DNA of 63,135 nucleotides, the filler included, from Octopus bimaculoides (Eukaryota): the NCBI RefSeq assembly GCF_001194135.2. It is 6 parts of 6 records of this genome, joined end to end, with 100 filler letters (N's around TTAATTAATTAA, not from the genome) between each part and the next. Parts side by side here need not be neighbours in the genome. Positions count along the whole stretch, not along the records: positions 1 to 27,062 come from NC_068988.1; 5 more parts are not named here. The stretch is one strand, 5' to 3'. The notes under the pieces were generated by a model. The model was not told where the DNA came from and made no database searches. It worked only from the letters and a program-made list of their open reading frames with translations. Shown here piece by piece: positions 1 through 13,692 of the stretch; position 1 is the first letter of the stretch; each line of letters starts with the position of its first letter. The position numbers and the translations under genes are program-made.

Positions 1-336
<336 letters not shown>

Positions 337-369
337 GAGTAGATTGTAAAAGCAATTATGATTAGCAAA

Positions 370-560
370 TCTTCACGTGCTTCGATTGCATTCCGCCGAA
401 GTTGACCTTGCCTTTCATCCTTCAGGATTGATTGTGAGTTCCAGTCGAGCACTAGGGTGGATGCGATCGACTATCCTCCTTCTCGAAAATTTAAGGCCTT
501 TGTCAATAGTACGAAGGATTATTATTATTATTTTTTTTTTTTATCATTATTATTATTTTT
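370..560 (+). mobile_element. SINE family A, diverged partial copy
   Basis: ttccgccgaagttgaccttgcctttcatcc..gatcgact..(att)n tail. Confidence 0.65.
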
Positions 561-586
561 TTTTTATTATCATCATCATCATTATT

Positions 587-830
587 AAGGCAGCGAGCGG
601 CCAGAATCGTTAGGTTGCCGGGCGAAATGCTTAGCGGTAATACTTCTGCCGCTACGTTCTCCGTTCAAATTCCGCCGAGGTCGACTTTGCCTTTTATCCA
701 TTCGGGGTTGATAAATTAAGCACCAGTTGAGTACTGGTGTCGATGTGATCGACTGTCCCCCACCCTACAAAATGTAGGCCTAGTGCCTATAGTAGAAAGG
801 ATTATTATTATTATTATCATTATTATTACT
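587..830 (+). mobile_element. tRNA-derived SINE family A, full length
   Basis: tRNA-like head (ggcagcgagc..agaatcgttag..gttcaaattcc), body gtcgactttgccttt.atcc.ttcggggt.gataaattaag.accag, (ATT)n tail. More than 10 copies in the window. Confidence 0.85.
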
Positions 831-854
831 ACTACTACTACTACTACTACTACT

Positions 855-1395
855 GAGTGAGAGAGCAGTACATGCCATCAAAGTTACACTGGGATAAAAT
901 ATAGGAAGCCCAATATACCCATCATGACTACCCGTCTGATAAGGGTACGCCAGGCACATGCATCACAACCATATGTGCGTGACATGGTTATTTCGTATCA
1001 AAAATAAACACCGAATGACCTTGCAGGTGGGGCGCAGTTAGAATTTTCTTCAGGTTGAATAGCCCATCCCTCTCGAAAGGTCCCTGGATAAGGGTTGTTT
1101 AAGAATGGGAAACGAAATACACGTTTCCAAAGGTGAATTATTCAAACTCCAAAGAATTCCTCTTAATACATACGGCTATGATGCTCCCGCACTACTTCTG
1201 CTCGTGATCAGATAAGTATATATCGTTAGCCATTAAGGGACATGCTCAACTGGTTAAGGTCAAACAACTGACAAGCAAATCTGTGGTATTGAGCAGAATA
1301 TTTGCTGTAGCCAACCTTTTATACAAAGACAAAACTATGTACACGATAACACTTCCAATCAGAAGCTATGAGAGCCACCACCTGGTACTTCATCG
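855..1395 (-). mobile_element. Unclassified ~540-nt interspersed repeat with trinucleotide tail (family F)
   Basis: 855-1085 is clearly homologous to 2995-3225. Both end, on the minus strand, in (AGT/AAT)n tails. No ORF. Confidence 0.6.
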
Positions 1396-2451
1396 CTACT
1401 TTACAGCATAAATATTTACAATAATGAAGCGCTTAATATAATGAGAAACAGCTACGTGCAATCGTATGCTAAGCGAATGAATTTCGGATATGGATGATAC
1501 GTACTGGAATTGTGTATTATGTAAAAGTATGTGTACGTTTGACATCAAGAATTCAAAGCAAATTTTGAATAAATGAGCATACAATTTGCAGAACACACAC
1601 AAAAAAAAAATAAAACAATGGTAGAAAAATTATTAACGCGAAAACAAAATAAAAGTAAGAATATTATTTCGGCTAAAAAAGGCATTGTTTGAAATTGGAT
1701 CTCTACAAAATGACTAACATGACAGACAGAACGTGTACATGTAAAAACAAAAGACAAAAGAGACAAAAATATCACTAATGAATAATGAAAAGTTAGTGAC
1801 TTTGTTAGAAATATGATTTGCATCAACCGGATATAAATATTTCTATGCTATGTGAAAAATGTGTACATGTGGAAAACAGTATTATTTAAAAATAAAGGAA
1901 CAGATATTGATGGAATTAAAAACCAAACGCATAGGGTAGAAAGTTTGACTCAGAAAATATAATTCTAAAAAACTTCCTAACCAAACATAGAGACTACAAA
2001 TAACAGAAAACGTAAAGAGTATGTCATAAAGAACAATCAGTATTTCTATGATGTTATATAAGATTTGGAATGTCTGTCTTTTTGCATTTTTGCGAAACAT
2101 TTTCTTCAAAGAAAGCGCAACGTATTCTGAATTAATGAGAGGACAATAGGTTCGTGGAAAATCAATGCAATAATTCTATCAAGAGACTGCAATTCACCTC
2201 TGTACACAGCATTTTGTGGACAGCAGTAGTAAATTCAAATAAGATTGTTCCAAATGGGGTATGCACTTATTTCCTGAAAAGTATGTAACATGTCAAAACG
2301 TATTCCTCAATCAAATCAAACAAGTATGACAGCCGTCACAATGAAACTCACGACAGTGAAACATCACCTAAACTAAAAGTATTAGATTCATTAACGAAGG
2401 CTGCAGGAAGACTTCATCAGTAAGGAAATAATAAATGCCAAGAACACATTC

Positions 2452-2452
2452 G

Positions 2453-2496
<44 letters not shown>

Positions 2497-2922
2497 GTTC
2501 AGTAGTTTTATTTTTATAACGTGCTTTCACTTCACTACCGAGCGCAGCTCTGTGCGCCTTGGGTATGTGCTGTGGTTTGCTGTGGTGTTCTTATGTTTAC
2601 TGTATTGAAAGTGTTTTGCGTAGAATGTGTGCAGTACCCAGTAGTGCAATTTTCTGTATGTTATATATATTTGTAAGTCCTGGTATTTGTGTTATGTATT
2701 TGTCTGAATATTTTTTTTATTATACCTAAGGCACCTACTATGATAGGAATTGTTTCTGTTTTTAGATTCCACATTCGAGTTATCTCTATTTCCAGGTCTT
2801 TGTATTTTGAAAGTTTTTCCATTTCTTTTAGAGAAACGTTGTCATCTGCTGGTATTGATACATCAATTAGAAAGCATTTTTTTTCTTCATGATCTTTGAC
2901 AACTATATCTGGTCTATTTGCC
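2452..2922 (-). mobile_element. 5'-truncated R4/Dong-like element: RLE domain, 3' UTR and (AAT)n tail
   Basis: ANRPDIVVKDHEEKKCFLIDVSIPADDNVSLKEMEKLSKYKDLEIEITRMW...IIVGALG contains the RPD..D..K.KY restriction-like endonuclease motif. One frameshift near the end. (AAT)n tracts lie on both sides. Confidence 0.88.
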
Positions 2923-2993
<71 letters not shown>

Positions 2994-2994
2994 G

Positions 2995-3225
2995 GTGTAG
3001 TTGTTGAGAGAGCAGTGTATGCCATTCAAGTGACACTGGGGTAAAAAATATACGAAGCCCAGTATACACGTCATGACTACCTGCCTGATTAGGTAGGGTA
3101 CACCAGGTACATGCATCCCAAACATGAAGATCACATATCAAGATAAACAATGCATTACCTTGCAAGTGGGGCTCGGTTAGAATTTTCTTCAGGTCGAGTA
3201 ACCAATCCCATGGAAAAGGTCCATT
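2995..3225 (-). mobile_element. Family F repeat, truncated copy
   Basis: Aligns by eye to 855-1085 (gagagcag..catgccat..gactacc..accttgca.gtgggg..gttagaattttcttcagg). Confidence 0.6.
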
Positions 3226-3235
3226 ATTATAAGGA

Positions 3236-3634
3236 TTCATTATTCTTCGAGATTAGGTAAGTAATACCACTTGCTAACCAATCAGGTGTTTTCGTAGGAT
3301 CTCTTATAATTTCATTGACTAACTTTTCGTATGCGCTTGTGAGCGTGGTGGGCCAGAAATTTGGCACTCTATAATTACCAGGAGATTTCCACTTATGAGC
3401 CTTCGTGAATGTCATCTTTAGGTCTGCTATTGTGATGCCTTCCATGCTTGTTCTGGTAAGTCTTGGTAGGATCCTTGTGTGTCTAATCCAGTCTGCATTT
3501 TCATTGTAAGGTTTTTCAGTATTCCAGATATTTTCCAGAAGTGTTTAACTTCCCTCATGGCAGGGGTGTTTTCAACGGTTATTTTCTCCTTGCCTATTTC
3601 TCTGTAGAATATATTCGCATTGGATGTGAACAGC

Positions 3635-3638
<4 letters not shown>
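3236..3638 (-). mobile_element. R4/Dong-like LINE fragment, region N-terminal to and entering the RT domain (frameshifted)
   Basis: NKLFTSNANIFYREIGKEK..EVKHFWK/IWN..YNENADWI and AHKWKSPG..NFW..LT..KTPDWLASGITYLISK, typical of RLE-LINE RT domains 0-1. Confidence 0.75.
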
Positions 3639-3689
<51 letters not shown>

Positions 3690-4794
3690 CATTATTATAT
3701 GAAAACTCACATCCAATGTTGTTGGATATGGCGAAAATGTCAGCTGTCTACAGCCACCAGACTAAGGTGACTAAGGTGAAACTCATCTAGTTTGAGGATG
3801 AGGCGCGGAAACGGATGACGCTGATGCATCGTGCACCTGTTCATGAGTTGAGGAGATAACATATGAATAGACGCATTAGTACAGAGAGTAATTCTTGGCT
3901 CGTAGCTCCTTTGCAGGAAGACGGTGAACGTGTTGATAGCACACAAATTATGGCTGAGCAATACTTGTATGGGCAAGGAAATCTTTGTGACCTTGAAAGT
4001 ATGTTTGTTTCACTATCTCCCGCCATCACCGGCAACGGTGGCTGGTGATGTTGTGAACATAATGAGACAATCGGAGTCGCGATGCAGAGCAGAAAGCCCA
4101 CTCTTTACACATGTATAATAAAGAGTGGTTTATGGGGAATCTATGATCTTTAGAAACAAAATACACGAGTCGGAAGATAGTGGACAGCCTCGAAGCAGCC
4201 GACAACAATAGTAGACATATGAAGCTGTCTACTAAGAATAAAGTTTCGAAAAGCTGAGACTAACCGGAGCGAAGGAAATTATTTCCTCCTCACTCAGCTC
4301 CACACGCAGCCGAATGTTATATATATATATATATNNNNNNNNNNNNNNNNNNNNNNNNNNNNNNNNNNNNNNNNNNNNNNNNNNNNNNNNNNNNNNNNNN
4401 NNNNNNNNNNNNNNNNNNNNNNNNNNNNNNNNNNNNNNNNNNNNNNNNNNNNNNNNNNNNNNNNNNNNNNNNNNNNNNNNNNNNNNNNNNNNNNNNNNNN
4501 NNNNNNNNNNNNNNNNNNNNNNNNNNNNNNNNNNNNNNNNNNNNNNNNNNNNNNNNNNNNNNNNNNNNNNNNNNNNNNNNNNNNNNNNNNNNNNNNNNNN
4601 NNNNNNNNNNNNNNNNNNNNNNNNNNNNNNNNNNNNNNNNNNNNNNNNNNNNNNNNNNNNNNNNNNNNNNNNNNNNNNNNNNNNNNNNNNNNNNNNNNNN
4701 NNNNNNNNNNNNNNNNNNNNNNNNNNNNNNNNNNNNNNNNNNNNNNNNNNNNNNNNNNNNNNNNNNNNNNNNNNNNNNNNNNNNNNNNNNNNNN

Positions 4795-4832
<38 letters not shown>

Positions 4833-6059
4833 TCTCTCACTCTCTGTCTTGCAACATACTTTTCCCTCTCTCCCTCTCACTCTTTGTATTTGTGCCTATG
4901 TATGTGTGTGTGCGTGAGTGTTTGTGTGTGTCTGTATGTGTACGTCTGCGTGTGAGTGTGTGTGCCTCTGTGTGTGAATGCATGTGAGTGCGTGTGTGCT
5001 TATGGGTATGCAAATATGTGGACTTACCGATATATGCACACAAATTATTTTATAAAATGTAGTTTATGTTTTCTTTTTCTCTTGCATTTAAATATTATCT
5101 AAAATATCTGACAACATATTTATCACTGTAAAGTAATAAACTTTTTAAATCGTCTGAAATTTTAAAACCAGGGGATTATTTATCATCTTAAATAAAGATT
5201 TTTAAAAAAATGAATAATTCACAAATAGTCAAATTTATCTGAAAAATACCACTGGAACAATAATATTCGGTAATAAATCTTTTTTCTGCAACTCTTAGAG
5301 TCTTCTTATTTTTAGTTTTGCACATTTTTGTAACACAGTCGTATAACTTAAGTATAACAATAATTCAAAGAGAACGTGTGATATAGAAGCGAAACAGAAA
5401 CAAGTCATTTGTTATAACCGTGCGCGTGTAAGTATATTATGCATCTATGTATGCACTTAAGTATACATCTATATACATACACACATACATANNNNNNNNN
5501 NNNNNNNNNNNNNNNNNNNNNNNNNNNNNNNNNNNNNNNNNNNNNNNNNNNNNNNNNNNNNNNNNNNNNNNNNNATATATATATATATATACTTCTGTAT
5601 ACATATATACGAAGTTATATGCTATATATTCGTCTCTGTGTGTGTGCGTGCGTGTGCTTGTGTGTGTGTATGTGCGTGTGTGTGTGTGTGTATGTGTGTG
5701 TGTGTGTGTCTGTGTGTGTGTGTGTGTGTGCATTTGTGTGTATAAGTAGACACACACACATATGAATGAGAAAAAACACACCGAAATAATTATAAAACTG
5801 GAAATAACATTTTTATTAATTGAGAGATGTTGTTCAGCTCGCCCATGATATTAGATTATCTCTATCTCAATAAGTAAATGCTACTCAACATAACCTCCAT
5901 CACAAACGGTAAAATAGCCGCATCGTTTATGCAGCTATCGAAACCACTTTGAAAGCATTCAATTGTGCACCATTTTCTCTCATCCTCTTCACATCCACTT
6001 TCACCTCACCTATGTCATCAAGTCGTTATATCCATGAACAATCCTCTGATGGTTTCAAA

Positions 6060-6290
6060 GTCAGTCGTCGCAACTGCAGTCTGATTTCTGTCATGGGTCC
6101 AGTCCTTGATGTTGTGAAACCAGGATTTTCTCTATCTGCATCTTTGGCGCCATCCAATAACTGGCCTGAAGATTGGTTTTAGGCAGCATCTTTGGTGACT
6201 TTCTATCTGACAAAGCTGTTCGTTTTGTGGTCTTTGTACGGGATGTGTAATAGCCTTCTAAAGCACTTATGCTCAAATACATGCATTTTT
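6060..6290 (-). mobile_element. RTE-clade LINE 3' ORF relic
   Basis: Minus strand reads MHVFEHKCFRRLLHIPYKDHKTNSFVR* and, after a frameshift, R*RKSWFHNIKDWT, matching the RTE C-terminal motifs FEMxCxRRxLxIxW/Y and GRxRKxWxDNIKxW. Confidence 0.7.
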
Positions 6291-6299
6291 CATTACATT

Positions 6300-6442
6300 T
6301 CAACCAAATCCACTCACAAGGCTTTGGTCAGCGGGAGGCTACAGTAGAAGACAGTTGCGCAAGGTTCCATGCAGTGGGACTGAACCTGGAACCATGCGCT
6401 TGGTGAGCAAGCTACTTACCACATAGCCACTCCTACGCCTAT
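6300..6442 (-). mobile_element. SINE family B, head and CORE-like part only
   Basis: Reverse complement of ggcgtaggagtggctatgtggtaagtagcttgct..gttcagtcccactgc..ccttg.gcaa..accaaagccttgtgagtggatttgg. Confidence 0.75.
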
Positions 6443-7646
6443 AGACAGCCGATGGGGCGGTTGCTTTAATTTTCTCCATCTTCCCGTATTTACTATTGCA
6501 TATTTCAAGAATATAACATCATAATTTTCATTATGTTTCAAGTACGCTGATTGAGAATGTCAAATGTTTATGCCAGTCGTTTTCTTATTATCATGCATTA
6601 TATTAAAGATGGTGGCACAATATTTATATGGGGGCTATCGAAACAAATTTATTGACATTACAATAAATCATTCCCATTTAATTTGACGTCATCACTGATT
6701 ATGTTTCAACATAAGATAGAGACAAACACATGTGCTTGCATTCATGACGTGAATGAAGTCAAATGAAGCTTTCATAAACATTGAATCACTTTAAGCTAAC
6801 ATTTAAAGTATATTGAAAGTCAAATGCTTCCAGTATAATCTGAGTTGTTCCTAATCGAAATTTGTGCTCGATACCTGAACTAGATAAAGATTTAGTTTAT
6901 TGTATAATTTCTGATGCATACGGTTTTTCATTAGCACGATAAAAATGTGGATATTGCCCAATTTGATCGTTCACAGTTAAACCAGCATAGTTAATATTAC
7001 ATGACGTTCTGAAGAATTACAAAAAGAATCTCGTAGTTGTATGTTAGTTTGAAAGAAACAAATATAAATGATCGAATCATTCAATTGATTATATTTGTAA
7101 TAGTGCATTTAAAGAGGGACCAAGAATAATGCTATGTTACTAACCTTTTATTACAAGAATGCCTGTACAAAACTAAAAATCCATTTTTGTCGGAAGTTAA
7201 ATATTTCATTATGGGAATTAAAATGTTTACTGACACGAATGGAATCAAAGTACTAAGACAATAGTATAATATTTGTTGTATTTGAGATAATTGACAATTA
7301 TCGATCATATGCATCGATTAGCGTCTTTACAATTTCGCTTAAGATTATTGCATTTTCATAGCTTTCTATTGATTTAGTAAAATTTTAATTTATTATAAAT
7401 TTTTGTAAAAGTATTAATTTAATTTATCATAATATTGGTTCATTGTTTTTCGAGCCTTGAACTTATTTACAGAGATACTCTTTTTTTTTATTGAACTACC
7501 GTTTGATCTAATAACTAGGACATAAATAATCATAGCACCATGTGTATGGCTGCTACAGTACAATTACGTATCAGTCGCAAGTGAGTATAGTTCGTCAGCA
7601 GCTAATAAATTCGCTTTATATGCGGATTTATTAGGGAGTAGATAAA

Positions 7647-8517
7647 CGATGTTCATTCAAAATGATCCGGCTTTATTTTTCCCGCCAAAAGTAATGCCGT
7701 GTGAGCAAAATTATTTGAGTGGGAGGTGAAGCCACCCTTCCTGCGACACATGCGCGAAAATTTTCGCAGCGGTAAGCAGCGCCAGATTCCATTTCTTACG
7801 TTTAGAATACAGACGTGTGGTGCACGTTTGTCGGGTTTTCTCTTTAACGCAATATCACTGAGTATATCGAAGAGATACATTGCATCAAATTGTGACAAAA
7901 GCTGGTCTTTGCTGGTGTGCCATGGGCGAAACTCAGATCGAGGAGTGACAAAACCATTTAAAACAAGGTTGCACCTCAATGGAGGGCGAGGCACACTTAG
8001 GCAGGATATCTAGAAGCCGGAACTAGGAGCTGATTGAGAAGATTCGTTGAATATTCAATGGAAGACAGTCGTGTAACAATTCAGAAAATTATTCCCTAAG
8101 TGAAAATAAACACTGGATCTGTACATTCCATTAGGAGGATTTGTGCAAACGTAGAGTGTCGGCGAAATGATAAAATCGGATAATTCTGAACGCATCTTGT
8201 AATCCAAGCCTTTTCCGGTTGAGAACAACATCACTTGTTTGATAGGCACCTCTCCCAAATTGGGACCAGGTGAATTCTGACACCTCTTGAAATTGAAAGC
8301 TACGCTGAAAAAAAAGTGATTTGAGTTGCGAGAAGTTAGGAGAAAAGCAATGGCGGAGTTCAATGGCATAAGAAGCCGTTCCAGAGATGTTACCAGCATC
8401 GGCAGAACCACTGGAACAAGTCTGTGAACTCGCAAGCGGAGTATTCTGAAGGTGGTTCAATAAATGTTGTGAATTGTTTTAATGTCCAAAGGTCGGATAC
8501 CTTTTGAATGCACCTCG
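7647..8517 (+). mobile_element. Internally deleted mariner element
   Basis: Right TIR aaaggtcggataccttttgaatgcacctcg+TA and degenerate left TIR cgatgttcattcaaaatgatccggcttt. Broken transposase remnants: GRISRSR..IEKIR..MEDSRVTIQKI..INTGSVHSI..RVSAK (HTH) and RCYQHRQNHWNKSVNSQAEYSEG (C-terminus). Confidence 0.8.
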
Positions 8518-9894
8518 TAGATACCTCCGCGACTACTTAATTTTGCGCGGCGGCTATGCCAGGATATGAGAAATGCAGGGAGAAACGTCTTTTCCATTAA
8601 CTAGTTGGTTGTCATTTCAGCTTAGTTGCATGGATCAACGTAAAATGAAATGCATTTCACAAGGATAAAACCTGCCGCCCTGTCAATTATTTTAACACAC
8701 GACCATATAAACCATGCCGGGATAACATTTCCAGAATTCCATGGGCCTTTTACATAGCTTCTAAGGTTGCAGTGACTAAACGTGAAATTTTCCACAAATA
8801 ACAACCAATTGCTTCATAAAGGTATGTCACATTGATTAGTATCTTCCATATAAACGCGCAAGAAATAAAGACGAGATAGTCAAATCTGGAATGTTTTCAG
8901 TTAAAATCCCGTGCTCGCCTGAAATGGTATTAAACAGTAACAGCAACAATAGATACATGAATCAAATATACTTGATACTAGATATCACTTATTTCCTCGA
9001 TAGTTTTAAAATATCAATATAAGTGGATTTAATTCCCTGCTTGCTTGATAATTAATTGAAGACATATAAAGATCGATACATATCACTTATTGTCATAGGG
9101 ATTTCAAAATGTTATTTTGATTAAACATCTTGTTAATTAATGGAGCACGGTAAATTCAATATTCTTGTCATTAAATCTATGTTGTAAATTGAAGGAAAGT
9201 ATCACTCTTGTCTATAATACTTACATAGGATTGAGGATTTTTATTCGGAGGTTCAGAGGTCTCTTATCATTCAGGCGACTTATATGATAGTATATTACAG
9301 AGAATAATTATGAATGTGAAACACCACATTTAAAATGATATACGATTTGCCTGAGATGTATAGATATTAATATCTAATTAGTGGCTCTCTTTTATTCCCT
9401 CTTTCTCTGCTTTCTTTTTTTTTTTCGATATATCAGTTCAACCTTTCTTCGATCCACTATTATTAGAAGCCTTATAACAGCGTTACCAGCTTATCTATAC
9501 TGGTTTTATGCCCAACTTACGATGACAATAAACATAAACGACAGGCTTATATTATGACCTAAATATATAATTAATATAAAGCAACCGTACTGAGAGATAG
9601 TTTAGAAAATCCAATTAATGATATGTGAAGACGGTGCGATCAAAATCCATAGTCACATAAAACATCTCAACAACAATATCAAATGCGAAATATCTGGTCA
9701 TCTTTTTAAAGAATGAATTCATATAGATAAAAAGGATTCAGGCGTAAATTACTATTTATCATTTAAATTATGTTTTATTCAATAGTAGTAAGTAAAACCT
9801 AAACTGCCAATTCCTCTCCTAGTGCATGTTTAAAAGTCTTTTCATTCATATGTGTGTATTTGCGAGCATCATTATGTATGTATTTGAGGGAGCG

Positions 9895-10108
9895 AAATAG
9901 GAGAATCGTTTGCACGTCGGACAAAACGCTTCGCGGTATTTCGTCCGGCTTTGAGTTCGGAGTTAAAATTCCGTTAATGTCATCTTTTCCTTTCCTCCTT
10001 TCGGAGTCAATAACATAAGTAACAGTCGAACAGTAGGGGTCAATACTATCCACTAACCACCACCCTGAAAACATCAAGCCTTGTGCCGAAAATAAAATGG
10101 ATAATTAT
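9895..10108 (+). mobile_element. SINE family A, diverged
   Basis: gagaatcgtttgcacgtcggacaaaacgcttcgcggtatttcgtc..cctttcggagtcaataacataagtaacag..gccttgtgcc. Confidence 0.7.
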
Positions 10109-10393
10109 GCGTGTATTTTCATTTTCGTAGGTGTTACAATGTGAATCGAGAGTTATTGATTAACCCCGGGCTAATCATGGTCAAGTCGACCTAAGCAAAT
10201 TGATCACTTGATTATGTGAGATGATAATCTTTACCTATTATCTACAAAAAATATATATATAAAATTCTCCGCTTCTCTATTTCAAAATACATCAAAATTT
10301 TTTTCTGTTAGCACACACACACAAACATACACACACACACACACACACACAGACGCACACAGACATATATATGCATATATACATATCAGTATG

Positions 10394-10431
<38 letters not shown>

Positions 10432-11446
10432 TACATACGTACATACGCACACATTACACATGCATCTATACATACATGCACACATAAATAAATACATACA
10501 TACATGCATGAATACATACATATTCATATATGTGTTTGCGCGCGTTAATGGGTTTGTGTGATTGCTGATATGCGGCATGAATAATTGAGCATATTTCCTT
10601 TATTTTCAAACGCTATGGCCATTCTGGGGGGAAAACTGCTATTTTTATACATAACCATTTACGGAAATATGAATAATGTCTAATTTTCTATAAATCGTAC
10701 AATACATGTAGATATCACTGATGAATAAGAAGAATTTATTTTACGTAAATGAGTGGTTGCAAGGTGATTTAACTTGCATGATTTAACAAAATTACATGCA
10801 TGACAGACTTTAATGAAATTGCATTTTAAATGTATATTATTCGGATTGCATACATCTATAACGTTATCATACTGCCTTATTTTAATAAAACGTCAGATAC
10901 AATACGTTTTATAATTTGCATGAGCGATGGGTTTTGTTTATAACTAAAATTTCTATATTTTCTTAATATATGCATTGATTTATTTCATGGGTGTTGATAT
11001 ACACTTCTTAATGTGGTAGTTTTCTTCTTGTTCAATAAAAGTTTTCTGCAATATATCTAATTCACACCGAGACAGCTGCAATTTTGCGTGCAGAATATAT
11101 GAATGTACTCGGTAGGAAGACAGTACTAGCATTTACTGTTTTGTTTATCCGAAGATATGTGACTTTTCACCAAAGAAAATCTAAAGTCTGTTTCATAGTA
11201 ATCTTATATATACTATTTGCCGAAACTATAGATATATTGTGTATAAATAGGTTTGACGTACATCAATAACATATAGAATAATCGTAAGGCGTCAAAAGAT
11301 TTGCTATATATTCGTTTGACCTGCAACAAATAGCAGCAAATGTCTATCGAAGTAATGTTAAAAATAATAAAAATATAGAAGTCATATAAACTAATTTAGC
11401 TCCTGACACGACGGCTTAATAAATTAAATTAAAAAATGAGTTCTTT

Positions 11447-11862
11447 TATTATTTTACTTGTTTCAGCTATTTGACTGTATCATGCTGGAGCACCGTCTTC
11501 AGTGGAACAAATTCACCCCAGGACTTATTATTTGTAAGCCTAGGACTTATTCTATCGGTCACTTTTGCTGAAACATTAAGTTACGGGGACGTAAACACAC
11601 CAACATCAGTTGTCAAGCGATGGTGGGGGAGCAAACACAGACACCCAAATACACACACACACGTGCACATACACACACACACACACACATACACATAATC
11701 GACGGGATTCTTTCAGTTTTCGCCTACCAAATCCACTCACAAGGTTTTGACCAATCCAAGGGTATAGTAGAAGACACTTGCCCAAGGTGCCACGCAGTGG
11801 TACTGAACCAAGAACGATGAGGTTGAGAAGCAAGCTTCTTACCACACAGCTGCTCCAGCACC
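11447..11862 (-). mobile_element. SINE family B, full length with internal (CA)n
   Basis: tRNA-like head, gcaccttgggcaagtgtctt (CORE-like), internal microsatellite, and a 3' module ending gaaacaagtaaaa. Confidence 0.85.
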
Positions 11863-12945
11863 TATAAATAAGTATAAAAAACTTGACCGGTCATGTCCTG
11901 AAAAATATCGCCGTAGGCCAATAGAACATATTCTAGATCTAACGATTGGCAACAACGATCTTATCAAAAGCAAGTACTAATAGCTCGCTGAACAGCTCTG
12001 TTTTGACTCCGCCTTGCAAACTGTGGCTACACGAGCTTCGTTTCGTCTGAGACTCAGACAACCTTATGCCCATTCTTCCCAATACAGCTACTTATTTTCA
12101 TACTGGTTAATTTGACCACGACAAATAGTCAGATCAATCCTGAATATTTCTCATGAATATAACTCTAGTGGTTCCATTCACTTCATATTGCACTCTCACA
12201 AATGTTTTCGTAAGCAAGATCAACTGGGGCATCAAAAACTGGGTAGTTTTCTGACAAATTAGTTTGGGAAAATTAATTTTTTTAAAAAGGGAAGAGTAAT
12301 GTTTTTGCTATATTTTATATGGTCACACAATACAGTTCAGTCAGAAAGAAGTTTAACTTGATGCAAATTTATTTATGTACGCGTAAATACATACATATAT
12401 ACATATAAAATCACAGACAATTATGGACAGCCTAAAGCAAGTACACAGGTCTACTAAGAAAATGTAGTAAGCATGAGAGAGAGAGAAAGGAGACCTGAAA
12501 AAGAGAGAGTGTAAGACACAGAGACAGAGAAATGAAACTGAGATACGCAAAGATAGAGAGGCAGAAAGCAAGAAATATTTCGCAAGTGTAACCCAATCCA
12601 TTCAATCTATGCAGGTTGTAGACAACGTTGCATTGTGTGTGGTGCAATATTTATTAGTTGTGAAATAATATACACATACATACACTCCAGAATGCAAGCG
12701 CGTACACACATTCACTCACTATTCTCCCTCACAGGCACTACCATGAAAATAGGGAGTAACGGGGAGAAATACAGAGAATGTAAAGAAAGATTCATATAAT
12801 TATTTGAATTGTATTTATGTAAACAATTGCAAGCACATCACCGCATGCTTGCACACATACAGGAATGCACGCATACACGTATATGTCTACATAGACATAT
12901 ACATATTTATACATGTATGTATATATAACATGTACATACAGGCGA

Positions 12946-12986
<41 letters not shown>

Positions 12987-13624
12987 TCCTCGTACATAAA
13001 TACGCATGGTGCCCCAGCACTGCTACAGTAAATTGACTGAAACAAGTAAAAGAAGATAAAAGAGGATATGAGCACGCATGTGTATGTATATATGTAAGTA
13101 TGTATGTATGTATGTGTGTGTGTATATATATATATGTATATAGGTATATATATAATGAATGCTGATCTTTTTCTCCCACTTGCCATTTAGATCTTTTTAT
13201 ACGAAATGTTTTTATACGAAATTTTAGCTTATAGATTAATGGAAATGGAATGCTGTAAAATGTCATATCTGCGTTGTTATTTAGAGAAAACAATGTATCT
13301 AAATGTTAAGGAATATATTTTAAAAATAACTGTTAATATGTTTTGTCGGATTTGATCAATATCGTCAAAGCATTATGGTGCAGGGTACTTAAAATCTAAT
13401 TTCAAGTGAACCAATAAAAAGAATAATTTTAATATTCCATATCAGTGGTTCGATCTAGAAACAATTCACTTTGATATATTTCATATTCCCTATGTCATTT
13501 TATTTAAATACCACTTCTGAAAAATTTATTTTAATGCAGCATTGAATACGTATGTGTGCGTGTGTGAGTATATGTGTGTGTGTATATTTATATATATGCA
13601 AGTGTGTGTGATTTATATGTATGT

Positions 13625-13692
<68 letters not shown>

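Noticed and set aside
587-680. tRNA genes
   Set aside because: A/B-box-like heads cannot form full cloverleaves and continue into SINE bodies. No bona fide tRNA was seen in the window.
3700-4310. Possible LINE-derived coding relic (LVAPLQEDGERVDSTQIMAEQY)
   Set aside because: Only a vague resemblance to CR1/Jockey linker regions, with no diagnostic motif.
6686-6693. CRE palindrome TGACGTCA
   Set aside because: A single 8-mer in 63 kb is expected by chance, and there is no gene context.
12025-12070. Three-way junction with GAAA (GTCTGAG/CTCAGAC and ACGA/TCGT stems, minus strand)
   Set aside because: The CUGANGA core is absent and the cleavage position is G. At best this is an unrecognisably decayed motif.
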